Of a stretch of DNA of 64,000 nt, positions 49,883 through 63,250 are shown piece after piece (position 1 is the stretch's first letter; the number at the start of each line of letters is the position of its first letter). The position numbers and the translations under genes are program-made. Below the pieces are notes generated by a model, which was given only the letters and a program-made list of their open reading frames with translations, was not told the origin of the DNA and did not search any database. The DNA comes from Mobula hypostoma (lineage: Eukaryota), in assembly GCF_963921235.1 (NCBI RefSeq), contig NC_086097.1, positions 18,788,001 through 18,852,000 of the forward strand, written 5' to 3'.

Positions 49883-52874
49883 AATATTCCAGGGTTATGA
49901 GTTGCGAGAGGGAGGGCTGCTTCTTTTCAAATTATATGACAAAGTTGATGGATTTGTGGCCAAGTTTGTGGTCTCCACAGTAGTCTGTAGCAATGAATTT
50001 CACAGATTCACCACCCTCTATCTAAAGAAATTCCTCCCCATCTCTGTTCTAAGGGGACATCCTTCTGTTCTCAGTCTGTGCTCTCGGGTCCTAGACTTCC
50101 TCACTATAGGAAGCATCCTCTCCACAACTACTCAATATAGGCCTTTCAATGTTCAATAGGTTTCAATGAGATTCCTCCAATTCTTCTAGACCCCAGTGTG
50201 TACAGGCCTGGAGCCGTCAAATGCTCCTCCTACATTATTCCTTTCATTCCCAGGATCTTTCTCGTGAACCTCCTCTGGATTCTCTCTAATGCCAGCACAT
50301 TGGATTTTGACAATCTCTGCTATCTACACTATTCATAATCTTAGTAATACACAATATTTCTGAATGGTCCATGAACCCACAAACACTGTCTCATTATTTT
50401 GGCACTATTCGTGGACCATGGGAATAAATGAGCAGGAGGTGCACCAGAAGGAGGTGATGGGTAAGTGAGGACAAGAGAAGGGATGAGAAGGGAGCTAGAA
50501 TGGGGAATGGAAAAAGAGAGAAGGGGGGAAGAGGGAGAAATTAGCTGACGTTAGAGAAATCAATGTTCGTGCTATAAGATTTGAGCCTACCCAGACGAAA
50601 TCTGATGTGTTGCTCATCCATCCTGAGTGTGGCCTCAACATAGCAACAGAGGAGGCCATGGCCAGGTATGCCAGAATGTGAATGAAGTTGACTGAAATGG
50701 GTCTCCAGGACATCCCATGATTTGTGATGGATGGAGCGAAAGTGCTCGACAAAAATGTAGTATAGCTTTAAGTAACCATCAAGAGTGATCTACTGAATTT
50801 TCCTTTAAAAATACTTGGAACATTTATATCTTACTGTTGCTGGCTCCTGGCAACCTGTTCTTTCATTAATAGATCGGAATCCCAGGAGTTCGTGAATGTT
50901 AAGAGAAGTACAGTACATAGACTCCTACTATATCATTAGTAATGAGAGTCAAATCGTAGTAGATGGGAGAGACACTCAGAATTCTGATTACTCCCTTGGA
51001 GTGAGATGGACATGACCTGGGCATTACTTTTAATAACCGTTGAACATTCATAGCTCAGCTGTTTGCTATGACATTCTACTGCAGGAAGCCAAAGGAGAAG
51101 TGCCAACACTCTTGGCTTTTGCCAACAAGGCATTAATCACCTAATGAGTGTACCTGGCTTAGGTGGCAGCTTGATAAGAGCCAGGTGCACAGAGACTCGG
51201 GGTGATGGTAACCTTCACATTCCCTGGCAATGATTTCTCTTTCCTGGAGGCCAGCCAGTCACTTTCCAGTCATTGGTGATGCCTACTCGCTGAGTGAAGA
51301 TGTCTTTCTCCATTCTCTCAGGATAGCTGTGTATTTCTGTTGTGAGAGGGAGTTTGCGTGTAATTCCATTAGAACGGCATCCAGATCCTCCTTCTGTCCT
51401 CTTCAATGTTCTCACAGTCTGGTGAAGATAGACTGAAGAACTGAAGAATTGAAGAAGCCATCTGAAGAACAGGCATTTCAAAAACTGTAGCTAAAGCAAC
51501 TGAGAGGGTAGCATTCAGCGTATATGAGTGGAAACCCCTCGCCCCACAATATAAGCTCCTTCAATAGGAATGGCTAAATAGGAAGGGTTGAATATGAAGC
51601 TTTAGCCCAAATGTAAAGAACAATACCAGTTACACATAATGTTTTGGATTGAGCTGTGCCAATCATTAACATGAACTCCTTGTCATGATGTGCGCTGGCA
51701 ATATCAGAATCCAAGTGCAGAGGAAAGACTGAACTCTGATGTGAGAGATCACGATGAGAGTTTATTCATAATATTTCCTAAAGAACATCAGTAGCTCGGC
51801 CGAGTGACACAATAAGAAGTAACATTCTCAAAACTAGGACCCTGCGATTAGTGCTAACTGGGACTTTGCTTTAAGTAACCATAGTTCACAGAAAACCCGT
51901 GCCAATCAAAATAAAGGCCAAGATTAAACAGACAGCACAAGGGCTTAGTGACTGTAGTTAAGATAACAATTAACAAATACAGGTCCTCTAAAAACTTTGG
52001 AGTCCAACACTTTCCAGCATTCTGCACAGTCCGAAGAACTCATTACACCTCTGTAATGTTAGCCCCAGACACACATGGTTTTTTTTTTAGCTGTTTGTGA
52101 ACTCAAGCCACAGCAGCCCAGAAAGTTCACTGCTTAATGTTTCATTGTATGACAACACAGGAACAAGCCCTTAGGGCCACAATGTTGTGCCAAATTTAAT
52201 TAAGCGAATGATGGCTATTTACCTGAATCCCTTCTGCCCGCACATGGTCCATATCCCTTCATTCACTGCATATTCATGTGCCTAAGAGCTTCTTAAATTC
52301 CTTATCTAGCACAATAGGGATCACTCCCAACCTGGAGTAGACCACTCCCACAATTCCTAGGCCCACCGTGACCCTCTGTTTTCCCAGTAATGCCAATCAC
52401 CTGATCCAATTAGTTATCCAGCTCCAAGTCCCCCTGCTATACCAATCTTCTGATGCACCAATAACCCCTTCTGTGACTGAATCCCCCAGCCCACAATAAT
52501 CCCAATTCCTCAATATTCAAGCACCAACTCCCTGTTTATCCAACTGTTTATACCCCAGACACAATGATATCCTATGATCTCAACAACCAGAAAACCTACC
52601 CTCATTTACTAACCTGATCCCCCTCCCATCTGCCTTGAAATACCTTCATCCCAGCACCAAGAGTTACTGAAATCTGCTGCTAGGGTCTCAGGTCTGGAAG
52701 AGCTGTTAATATATTGTTACAACACTAATCTTGTGAACCCTCACGGATGCACATGAACTTTGAACCCACTGTCGTGCTTGAATGTAGCAGACAGATTAGC
52801 CTGACATCAAGATATTAATATCATTAATTATAATATGGTGTGCCACATTAACATAGTGGTTAGTGGCTAGTGAG

Positions 52875-53545
52875 GAAGGGAGAAGATGGCAGCCTGACGC
52901 AGCTTGCAGTGGCCACTCCGGTGAATGATATCAGTTATCTGTTATCTGTTATGTGCCGTGCACAATTCTGATTTGATGGAGATGGACGTGAGAGCATGGA
53001 GGAACATCTGGAGAAACTTCTGAAATGCCTGTTTCGCTGCCGCTGCTACTGTGTGATCCAGAATCTCCGGAGGGGCAGGACCCAAGTCCTCGGCTTTGCT
53101 TGTTGCTGGACGGCTGGGGCGGGGTCAAAGCGCTCGGCAGAGATGGTGCTCGGTGCTCGGTGTCGGAGGCTCGAAGTTTTTGGATGGACTCAGTGTCGGC
53201 TGTGGTCGGGTGCTTCCAGGGTGCTGCATCGGCAAGTTTGCGGTGCTGGAGGTTCATGGCAGGGAGAGTTTCTCCCTTCTACCATCTGCGTGAGATGATG
53301 GGCTTTCAGAACTTTGAGACTTTTTTTTTACCGTGCCCATTTTCTGCTCTTTATCAAATTACGGTATTGCTTTGCACTGTTATAACTATATATTATAATT
53401 ACGTGGTTTTGTGAGTTTAGTCTTGGTTTGTCCTATGTTTCTGTGATATCTTTCTGGAGGAGCATTGTATCATTTTTTAATGCATGCATTTCTAAATGAC
53501 AATAAACGAGGACCGAGTGTCCTCATAATCTAATCTAATCTAATG
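52875..53545 (+). mobile_element. Non-coding retroposon (5' AAGATGGC, CpG-rich body, AATAAA plus (TAATC)n tail) inserted in a V-SINE (52838-53800)
   Basis: SINE head at 52838-52870 resumes at ~53546 with B-box and V core; tail ATAATCTAATCTAATCTAAT. Confidence 0.65.
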
Positions 53546-54423
53546 ATAGTTTGGGGCGCCGGAGATTGGAGTTCAGATCCGGCCTCCTCTGTAAGCAGTT
53601 AGTACATTCTTCCTGTGAGCGCGTGGGTTTCCTCCAGGTGCTCCGGTTTCTGCACACTGTCCAAAGACCTGCCAATTAATAGGTTAATTGGCTGTTGTAA
53701 ATTGTCCTGTGATTAGCTAGGGTTAAATCGGTGGGTTTCTGGGCAATGCAGTTCACTGGGGCAGAAGGGCTTGTTTTGTGCTGTACCTGTAAGTAAATAA
53801 ATAAAATCCTCCTTTGTTTGGTTAAACTGAGACCTTCCTGGAGATTAAAAGCTGCATAGAAATGGCTTGTGGTCACAGGGAACAATATTTTCCTCTTGGT
53901 GACTGCTATCTCCAAAGGTATGGTGGTGATATAATGGTTAATTTACCAGTTTAACAACTCTGAGATGAGAACTGAACTCCCGCCACACAGTTGTGAAATT
54001 CAGTTAATAATTCAATTAAATTCAGTTAATAATGATTTTAAAGACAATTTAAAAAATAAACTATACCTATCCAATTCCATAAATGAGAAGAGTCCTGCCA
54101 TTCCAACCAGATCTGTAATAGTTCAAGGTTATAGCTCACCAACATCTTCTCACAGGCAACCATGGATGGGTAATTAAATGCTGGCTCAGTGTTGACTGAG
54201 TGTTAAAAGAAAATCTGCCCTATACGTGACTCCAGAGCTTGGCAAGGAGAAGGCATGGCAGTGCTGCAGGTTAGCACATTGCTTTACGGTGCCAGTGACC
54301 ACGGATCAAGGCTCTATTCCTGACAAAGCCTTGAAGGAGACTGTACATTCTTGCTGTTGCTGCGTGCGTTTCCTCCAGATGCCCTGGGCTCGTCTCACAT
54401 TCCAAAGATGCCTGGGTTAAGGT

Positions 54424-55945
54424 TAACACACATAAAAGTTGCTGGTGAACACAGCAGGCCAGGCAGCATCTGTAGGAAGAGGTACAGTCGACGTTTCAGG
54501 CCGAGACCCTTCGTCAGGACTAACTGAAGGAAGAGTGAGTAAGAGATTTGAAAGTAGGAGGGGGAGGGATAGAACCAAGAGCTGGACAGGTGATTGGCAA
54601 AGGGGATACGAGAGGATCATGGGACAGGAGGCCCAGGGAAGAAAGACAAGGGGGGGGGGGACCCAGAGGATGGGCAAGGGGTATATTCAGAGGGACAGAG
54701 GGAGAAAAAAGAGAGTGAAAGAAAGAATGTGTGTATAAAAATAAATAACAGATGGGGTACGAGGGGGAGGTGGGGCGTTAGCGGAAGTTAGAGAAGTCAA
54801 TGTTCATGCCATCAGGTTGGAGGCTACCCAGGCGGAATATAAGGTGTTGTTCCTCCAACCTGAGTGTGGCTTCATCTTTACAGTAGAGGAGGCCGTGGAT
54901 AGACATGTCAGAATGGGAATAGGATGTGGAATTAAAATGTGTGGCCACTGGGAGATCCTGCTTTCTCTGGCGGACAGAGCGTAGATGTTCAGCAAAGCGG
55001 TCTCCCAGTCTGCGTCGGGTCTCGCCAATATATAAAAGGCCACATCGGGAGCACCGGATGCAGTATATCACCCCAGCCAACTTACAGGTGAAGTGTTGCC
55101 TCACCTGGAAGGACTGTTTGGGGCCCTGAATGGTGGTAAGGGAGGAAGTGTAAGGGCATGTGTAGCACTTGTTCCGCTTACACGGATAAGTGCCAGGAGG
55201 GAGATCAGTGGGGAGGGATGGGGGGGGACGAATGGACAAGGGAGTTGCGTAGGGAGCGATCCCTGCGGAATGCGGGGGGGAGGAGGGAAAGATGTGCTTA
55301 GTGGTGGGATCCCATTGGAGGTGGCGGAAGTTACGGAGAATAATATGTTCGACCCGGAGGCTGGTGGGGTGGTAGGTGAGGACCAGGGGAACCCTATTCC
55401 TACTGGGGTGGCGGGAGCAGATGTACGTGAAATGGGGGAGATGCGTTTAAGAGCAGAGTTGATAGTGGAGGAAGGGAAGCCCCTTTCTTTAAAAAAGGAA
55501 GACATCTCCCTCGTCCTAGAATGAAAAGCCTCATCCTGAGAGCAGGTGCAGCGGAGACGGAGGAATTGCGAGAAGGGGACGGCGTTTTTGCAAGAGACAG
55601 GGTGAGAAGAGGAATAGTCCAGATAGCTGTGAGAGTCAGTAAGCTTATAGTAGACATCAGTGGATAAGCTGTCTCCAGAGACAGAGACAGAAAGATCTAG
55701 AAAGGGGAGGGAGGTGTCGGAAATGGACCAGGTAAACTTGAGGGCAGGGTGAAAGTTGGAGGCAAAGTTAATAAAGTCAACGAGCTCTGCATGCGTGCAG
55801 GAAGCAGCACCAATGCAGTCGTCAATGTAGCGAAGGAAAAGTGGGGGACAGATACCAGAATAGATACCAGCATCTTTTCCTAGATGCTGCCTGCCCTGCT
55901 GAGTTCCTCCAGCATTTAGTGTGTGTTGCTTGGGTTTCCAGCATC
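54424..55945 (-). mobile_element. Penelope-like element: RT C-terminus, GIY-YIG endonuclease, pLTR, and 5' inverted pLTR piece (55866-55945)
   Basis: LFLRYIDDCIG near 55810-55840; PFLDLSV; ORF 54778-55239 CKRNKCYTC..VIYCIRCSRCGLLYIGETRRRLGDRFAEH..LEEQHLIFRLGSLQPDGMN. Confidence 0.95.
54485..54521 (-). ncRNA. Minimal type I hammerhead ribozyme motif in PLE pLTR
   Basis: Minus strand AGUC-CUGACGA-AGG[GUCUCGG]CCU-GAAAC-GUC^GACUG, sense to the PLE ORF. Confidence 0.78.
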
Positions 55946-56009
55946 TGCAGATTTTCTCTTGTTTATCTTATCCTATTTGTTTCTTATGCAGTCGTAATGA
56001 TAGTGCCCT

Positions 56010-56552
56010 GTTAAACACGACTGCCCTTCTCTGCTCCATCTGCAAAAACCAGAACTTCTCATTTTAATTCCAATTCCCATTCCCATTTTCCAATGTGTTG
56101 GCCATGGCCTCCTCTTATGCCAAGATGAGGCCACCTTCAGTCCACCTTATATTCCATCTGGGTGGACTCTTACCTGATGGTGTGAATATCGATTTCTCCT
56201 TTGAGTGAAAAAAACCCTCTCCCTCCCCTCTTCCTCTGTCCCCTACTCCAGCCTTTTACCTCTTCTCACCTACTTATCCCCTCCCGCTATGGTCCATTCT
56301 CCTATCACATTTCTTCTTCAGCTCTTTACTTTTTCTACCCATCTGACTTCCCCTATCACCTTCCAACTAGCCTCCTTTCCCTCCCCCCACCTTTTTATTC
56401 TGGTGACTTCCCCCTTCCTTGTCAGTCTTCAAGATGGATCTTGTTACAAAACAATTGTTTATTAATTTCCACAGATGCTGCTTGACCTGCTGAGTTCCTC
56501 CAGCACTTTGTGTGTGTTGCTTCGGATTTCCAGTGTCTGCAGATTTTCTTGT
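56010..56552 (+). mobile_element. Degenerate PLE 3' end plus pLTR
   Basis: HGLLLCQDEAT..PDGVNIDFS remnant, then pLTR. Confidence 0.8.
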
Positions 56553-56753
56553 GATTATACCCTTCCTCAAAATAGTACCATGGGATCTCATCAGGAAGAC
56601 CGGGCTTCTTAAAGTACAGGCCAACTGAGATTACCTGCTTAAGTCCCCCTGGAGTGAGTCTGGAATGTGCAATGTATATTTTCTCACAACATAGGATTAT
56701 TTTCTTATAACATGGTGTAGAGAACATGCCTTATAAAATAGTCCAATCACAAT

Positions 56754-56962
56754 CAAGAGAAAATCTGCAGATGCTGGAAATCTAAGCAACACACACAAAG
56801 TGCTGGAGGAACTCAGCAGGCCAGGCAGCATCGATAGAAAAGGGTACAATCGACGTTTCGGGCTGAAACCTTTCATCAGGACACAGCCTGAAACATCGAC
56901 TATACTCTTTTCCACAGATGCTACCTGGCCTGCTGAGTTCCTCCAGCACTTTGTGTGTGTTG
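56754..56962. mobile_element. Fold-back PLE pLTR insert
   Basis: Arms CAACACACACAAAGTGCTGGAGGAACTCAGCAGGCCAGG / CCTGGCCTGCTGAGTTCCTCCAGCACTTTGTGTGTGTTG; minus-strand CUGAUGA..CGAAACGUC core; no clear TSD. Confidence 0.85.
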
Positions 56963-57029
56963 TTGATGAAAGTAGGTTGAGCAATCTAGTGATTTTTTTT
57001 CTTTGGAGTGGGAAGGAGGATGAAGTGAA

Positions 57030-57400
57030 TTGAGAGAGGTGTACAAGATGCTAAGAGGCATGGATCAAGTGGTTAGCCAGAGGATCAGCCATTTATTAGC
57101 CATTGATCAAGTGGATCAATGGCTAATACAAGAGGGCATAATTCTGAGGTGTTTAGAGAAAGGTATAGGGGGATATCGGTGATAAGGGTTTACACAGGGA
57201 GTGTTGAGTGCATGGAGTGCCCTGCCAGGGACAGTGGTAGAGGCAGGTACATTAGAAGGATTTAAGAAACTCTTAGATAGGCACTTTGATGAAAGAAAAG
57301 TGGAGGGCTATGTGGGAGGAAAGGGTTAGATTGATCTTAGAGTAGGTAAAAAGGGCAAGGGCCAAAGGGCCTGTGTTGAGCTTTAGGGTTCTATGTGAAC
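57030..57400 (+). mobile_element. CR1 3' end
   Basis: EVYKMLRGMD..TRGH remnant plus shared 3' UTR. Confidence 0.8.
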
Positions 57401-58699
57401 ATTTGGTCTAGAAGGTTAATAGTGGCTTTTCATTTATTTTCTTGCAACTTAGGGTCTTCCTCACTTACCCATAAACCTCTGTCTCCTCCCCCCCCCACCC
57501 CATTCTCCTAACACCCACCCATTCTAAGGGTAACTTTACAGGAACCAATTAATGCAGCAGCGTGTCCTTGAGAAATGCAAGGATAACAGACAACTCACAT
57601 GGTCACGGGGAAAGTGAGCAAACTCCACACAGACCGTTCCGAACATTGGGATCAAACCCAGGATCACTGGAGCAGGGAGACCACAGCACTAAACACTGCA
57701 TCGCCATCTAATTCAAAGGCGAACAAGTCACAGGCAGAATAATGAGTACAGACTGATCATTCTGCAGGTTATTAGTCTGATCCCACAGGTGGTCACTAAC
57801 ACGGAGATCAATAAGGCAGGCGCCAGCATCCAGAAAAATATGTGCAGCAGCAGAATCACTTCTTAATTAAGACTAATTAGGTTTGATGATTCGGCCCAAA
57901 TCCATTTACTCCAGCATAAAATAGCAGAACAAGGTTCACTCTAAAAAGTACCCTACTAATTGTGTTAATGTATTGACATTGCATGCTTATCATAACAAGC
58001 CAATTTTTCTGCATGTGATTTCTCACACACCAAATTAGCAAGAGTAGCCATTCCGGTGCAATGACTTTGTGCAAAGATTAGGCAGGAAGAGCAATCATCT
58101 GCACTATGGTCCCGAGAGTTTGCAAAACGTAAGACATATTCACAGCTGCACTTAACTACAAGGAAGCGGGTTAGAGGTTTATATGGAAGGTGAGATGTCA
58201 GGGCAGCAGATCTGTGTATTATTCTCTGTAGCTTCAGTATCCACCCCCATTAGGAAAACACCAAGTGTCTCCAGAGGTATTGGCTGTCAGGGCAAATATG
58301 GACAAAATTTCTTCCCTTTTTTTTTCTGTGCAGTGTGCCTGCCCATTTAAGGTTGTTTCCTCTTGTGGACGTCAACTGAGTGTAATTGTGGTTCTGTTGG
58401 TGTCCCTGCACTGAGCTTTAATGCCTTCACTGGCCTCAAGGAGTGTGGCTGCCCTCTCAGCTGCAATTTGACCTTTGTGAGGGGACTCAAAGGGCCCTTC
58501 TCCACAGCACGGCGTATGTAGCACACTTTCCAAGGTGGACTCAAGTGGACTCAAACAGGAAGATGGTTTTGTGGGGTAGGGAGGAAGCAGTCTAAAATTA
58601 TTCAGACAAGAAAGCCCTTGAAAAGCAGAATGATGTGGAGAAGGATTATTTAGAAATTGCAGACAATCAGGAGATGGAAAGAGAGAATAAAAGAATAGT

Positions 58700-58972
58700 T
58701 ATTTCTTTATTTATTGAGATACACGACAGAGTAGTCCCTTCCGGCCCTTCACACCACACCTACCAGCAATCCCCCAATTGAATCCCAGCCTAATCACGGG
58801 ACAACTTACAATGACCAATTAACCTACCAACCAGTACCCTTTGGACTTTGAGGGGAAACCGGAGCATCCGGACCAAACCCAAGCGGTCAAGGGGAGAACG
58901 TAGAAACTTCTTACAGACAGCGGTGGGAAATGAATTCAGATCACTGCGGTAAAGCATTACCGTGCCACCCCA
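58700..58972 (-). mobile_element. V-SINE/HE1-like SINE
   Basis: Colinear with 42945-43232. Confidence 0.8.
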
Positions 58973-61236
58973 TACTGATGGAGCAAATAAACAAGGAGAG
59001 CGAGGAAGGAGTATATGACTTGGAACTGGGATTGGAATTTGAACTGATCTCGGAACTGGAAATAGAATTGTTCTCTGTCTATTACGTGTACAGAAATACA
59101 GAGAATAGCTTGTTTTGCATACTGTTTATACAGATTATATCATTACATTGAGGTAGAACAAGGCAAAACAATAACCAAATGTAGAATGAAGTGTAATAGC
59201 TACAGGGAAAGTGCGGTGTAGGTAAACAATAAGCTGCAAGATCAATGAGGTAAATTCAGAGGTGAAGGGTCCATCTTATCGTCCTAGGGAACCTCTTAAT
59301 AGAAAGAAAGGTATTGAGATATCAGAGTTCCTGTGGCTAAGAAGGCTGGAAAACTCCATCTCCAGCAGAGAGTGCAGGAATTAAGGTCAGAGTAAATTCT
59401 CATGAGAGGAGCAGAGGTGAGTCTTCAGCCCAGGCTTGTTGTGTAGAAAATGACAAGTCCATGGTGGGAGGGTGGTCCAGTGGCAGGGTCAAATCAAGAA
59501 CTCCATCCATGCATTGTCCATCACACTCAGTGAAATTTATACAGTATAGTACAACGATCTAGAGTCATGGAAACATGAGCCAGACCATTCCCAATAGGTG
59601 TCTGTACTTAAGTAACTCTGAAACTTAGAAGAGTGGCCCCTAATAATTCCTTACATTTTTTATTATAGCTGAATTTAGCTAAGCAATGGAAATGCGACAA
59701 AGAGAAACAGAAATAAGTTGGCTGACTGTGATGTGGACTATTGTGCAGACCATGAGACTGTAAGACGTAGGAGCAAAATTAGGCCATTTGGCCCATCAAG
59801 TCTGTTCTGCCACTCAATCATGACTGATTTATTATTCCTCCCAACCCCATTCTCCTACTTTCTCACCATAATCTTTAACACCTTGAATAATCTACAACCT
59901 ATCAAAATCTGCTTCGAATGAATGGGTGGTTTTCCCCCAGTAGATGGCACAGGTGAAATATTGCCCGCTACCCAGTCTCCTCTCTGCACCAGAGTGATTT
60001 TGTGGTCATCCAACATCCAACATACTGGGTGGGCACTGTCGATGCAGCTGGGTTGTGACTATGGAAACCACACGAATGATCACAGCGCTTGCAAACAAGT
60101 TTCCTCTTTGGGACTCGAAAAGATGTCAGCTCTGGTCAACCCCACTTCACCTGGACTTTAAATCCAAGAAGAAAGTGGAAGTGTCGTGCCATGACAGAAG
60201 AATGCACAGAACTTAAAATGGTGGGAGAGGTGTGTGTTGAGAGTGAAGTGTGGTAAGTGAAGTTTTGGAGAAGGGTTAAGCTCAGCTATGTCATAGACAT
60301 CTCAGAAACTGGGAGCTGATAAATATCTATTGCCTTACCCATCAAGAGGTGAATGGATGTCTTTATTGTATCTCCTGAGCGTGACCGTCCGTCTGATCTG
60401 CACACGTTCGAGCATGGATATACAAGGATCCATTCAGTCAGCTCTGAGATCCTCTCGCATGCTTCTTGCCTATGACACTGACTATTAAAGTAGGCTGAGT
60501 CTACTATCACAATTATCTCACTCTACGTCCACCAGGAAATGCAGGAAGGTCCCTTCTTCATGTTTATCAGTGTTTTTCTGCTGCAAACCGATGTTTCATA
60601 TGGGACAGCTACGTGCCCTCACCACCTCCACATCCCCGTTAATCAACTGCCTTTGCAGCACATTCCCTCTCTTCCGCCCTCATTTCACTTCTCTTTGACT
60701 TGCTTAAACCATTTAAATCGCCACAGGACCCCGTTGATAGGATGAAAGGCAGACAGCAAGATGTGCCTAAGAAGAGGAAGGCGATCTTAGAGGAATGGGC
60801 TGGGCTGGTCCTCCAGAGAGTGAGCAGAATTCAGCAACGGGGGCGCTGAGGAGGTGAGGCAACGTTTTCAGGATTGACGAGCTGTCAGATTGGGTCAAAA
60901 CCCTCTCCAAGTCAACAGCCCCAGGCTGCCCTGCAGCAATCGGCTTTCATCTGCACTCCTAACATTATTTTGCCCATTATGATGTTGGTCTCGAGAGTAT
61001 TTCTGCCTGCTATTTTCCTTTTGGCTCAGATGACTCTATAAACATTTTTTTTTTGCTGAGCTCATGTTTCTTCTCCCAGATCTCCAGGACAGGAAGGTGA
61101 AATGCAGAATTCTTAATATTGCTTATGAAACAGAATGAGCTGGTTCAGCAGATCTGGGTCCCGCAGAGCACTCGGAATTAGCACTGGTACACTGAAGATT
61201 AATAAATCTAAAGAGCCAGACTAGACCAGACCATCA

Positions 61237-63250
61237 CTTGGGTTTTGTATTCACCTATCCATTAATGATCCAAGCTTGCTCTATCGCGGCTCTAATTAAT
61301 GCACTCATCAAAAAGACCTTGGCAGGATTCAATTGGACAGACGATGCCGACCAAGCGTTTTCAGAGCCAAAGCGACGTTTCATCACTGCCCCGCTGCTGC
61401 AAAACCCAGACCCATCTCAGCCATTCATTGTGGAGGTGGATGCATCCGATGTAGGCATTGGAGCTGTCCTCTCTCACCGCTCATCTGCGGATAGCCGGCT
61501 GCACCCTTGTGCCTTTCTCTCCCGTCGCTTGACTCCGGCCGAGAGGAATTATGATGTTGGAAACCGGGAGCTTCTAGCTGTCAAGGAGGCCCTGGAGGAA
61601 TGGCGACACTGGCTGGAGGGGGCAGAGCATCTACTCTTGGTCTGGACAGATCAGAAGAACCTCTCCTATACTTAGGATGCTAAGAGACTCAACTCTCGTC
61701 AAGCCCGGTGGACTCTCTTCTTCACACGGTTTAATTTCGTCCTCACTTATTGTCCCAGCAGCAAGAATACAAAGGCCGATGCTCTCTCCCGGCAGTTCAA
61801 TGGATCTGAGGACAATGCTGATCCAGAGCCCATTCTTCCTCGCTTGTGTATCGCTGCTCCGGTGATCTGGGGAATAGAGGCAGAGGTGAGGGCCGCCCAG
61901 CAATCAGATCCAGGCCCGGATGTGGTTCCTACCAACTGGCTGTTTGTTCCTGCTGCAGTGCATTCCAAAGTATTGGAATGGGGTCACTCCTCCCGTCTGG
62001 CTGGACATCCGGGAATTCAATGGACTCAGGAGTTTATAAAGAGGCATTGGTAGTCATCTATGTCCCAGGACGTCCACGACTTTTTATCTGCCTGTCCCAC
62101 CTGCACTCGGAGAAATGCATCACGCCAGTGTCCTGCAGGTCTGCTATGTCCACTGCCTGTGACTCACCAACCCTGGTCCCACCCCTCAGTAGATTTTATA
62201 ACTGGTCTGCCACCGTCTAATGGAAACACCACCATTTTGGTCATTGTGGATCGATTTTCCAAGGCTGCCCACGTCATTGCTCTCCCCAAGCTCCCATCAG
62301 CTCGTAAGACTGCCACACTCATGGTTCAACATGAGTTCAAGCTCCATCGCTTTCCTCAAGACATAGTGTCTGATCGTGGACCACAGTTCACTTCCCGCTT
62401 TTGGAAGGCTTTCTGCTCTCTTGTAGGAGCCACGGCCAGCCTCTCGTCTGGCTTCCACTCCTAATCTAATGGCCAGACTGAGAGAGTGAACCAGGAGTTG
62501 GAGACAACCCTGCGCTGTCTTGCCTCTTACAACCCCATGTCCTGGAGCTCCCAATTGGTTTGGGCAGAGATCGCCCACAATAATCTCCAGTCATCCTCCA
62601 GTGACATGTCTCCCTTTGAATGCTAGAAGGGATTCCAGCCCCCGCTCTTCCCTGATCAGGAGATTGACGTAGGAGTTCCGCTGCTGAACAGCTGATCCAG
62701 CGCTACGAGCGCCCTTGGAGATGAACCAGGGCTTCTCCACTGCACGCCCAGAAACAGCATTCGCAGCAGGCTGATCGTCTCTGTCGACAGGTAAGGCCAT
62801 TCAAGCCAGGAGAGGAAGTCTGGTTGGCATCAAGGTATCTTCCCCTGAAAGTCAAGAACCAGAATTTGGCACCAATTCGTAGGACCATTTGTAGTGGAAA
62901 AGGCTGTCAACAAGATGACCTATAGGTCGCGTCTACCAGCATCACTGAAGATCCACCCTGTATTCTATGTTTCCCAGGTCAAGCCGTTCACTACCTCTCC
63001 CTGGCCCAGTCACCCTACCTCCCCCTCCTCCCCGCCTAGTAGATGGTTCCCTTGTCCATACTGTGCGATGTCTCCTGGCATCTTGCTGGGTACGTGGTAA
63101 GGTCCAGTACCTTGTGGACTGGGAAGGGTATGGCCCAGAAGAACGTACTTGGATCCCGGTGAAGGACATCTTGGACAAGTCGCTGATCCGGGACTTCCAG
63201 CGGACACAGGTCTGTGGCGCCTCAGGGGCTGCGCCCAGAGAGGGGGGCTC
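61237..63250 (+). mobile_element. Ty3/Gypsy chromovirus pol remnant (RNase H, integrase, chromodomain), 5'-truncated, with stops
   Basis: [87 protein letters not shown]; polypurine tract AGAGAGGGGGGCTC. Confidence 0.95.

Noticed and set aside
60750..60880. Possible Myb/SANT-like (Harbinger) remnant ILEEWAGLV..EEVRQRFQD
   Set aside because: Short, needs a frameshift, and no TIRs or transposase nearby.
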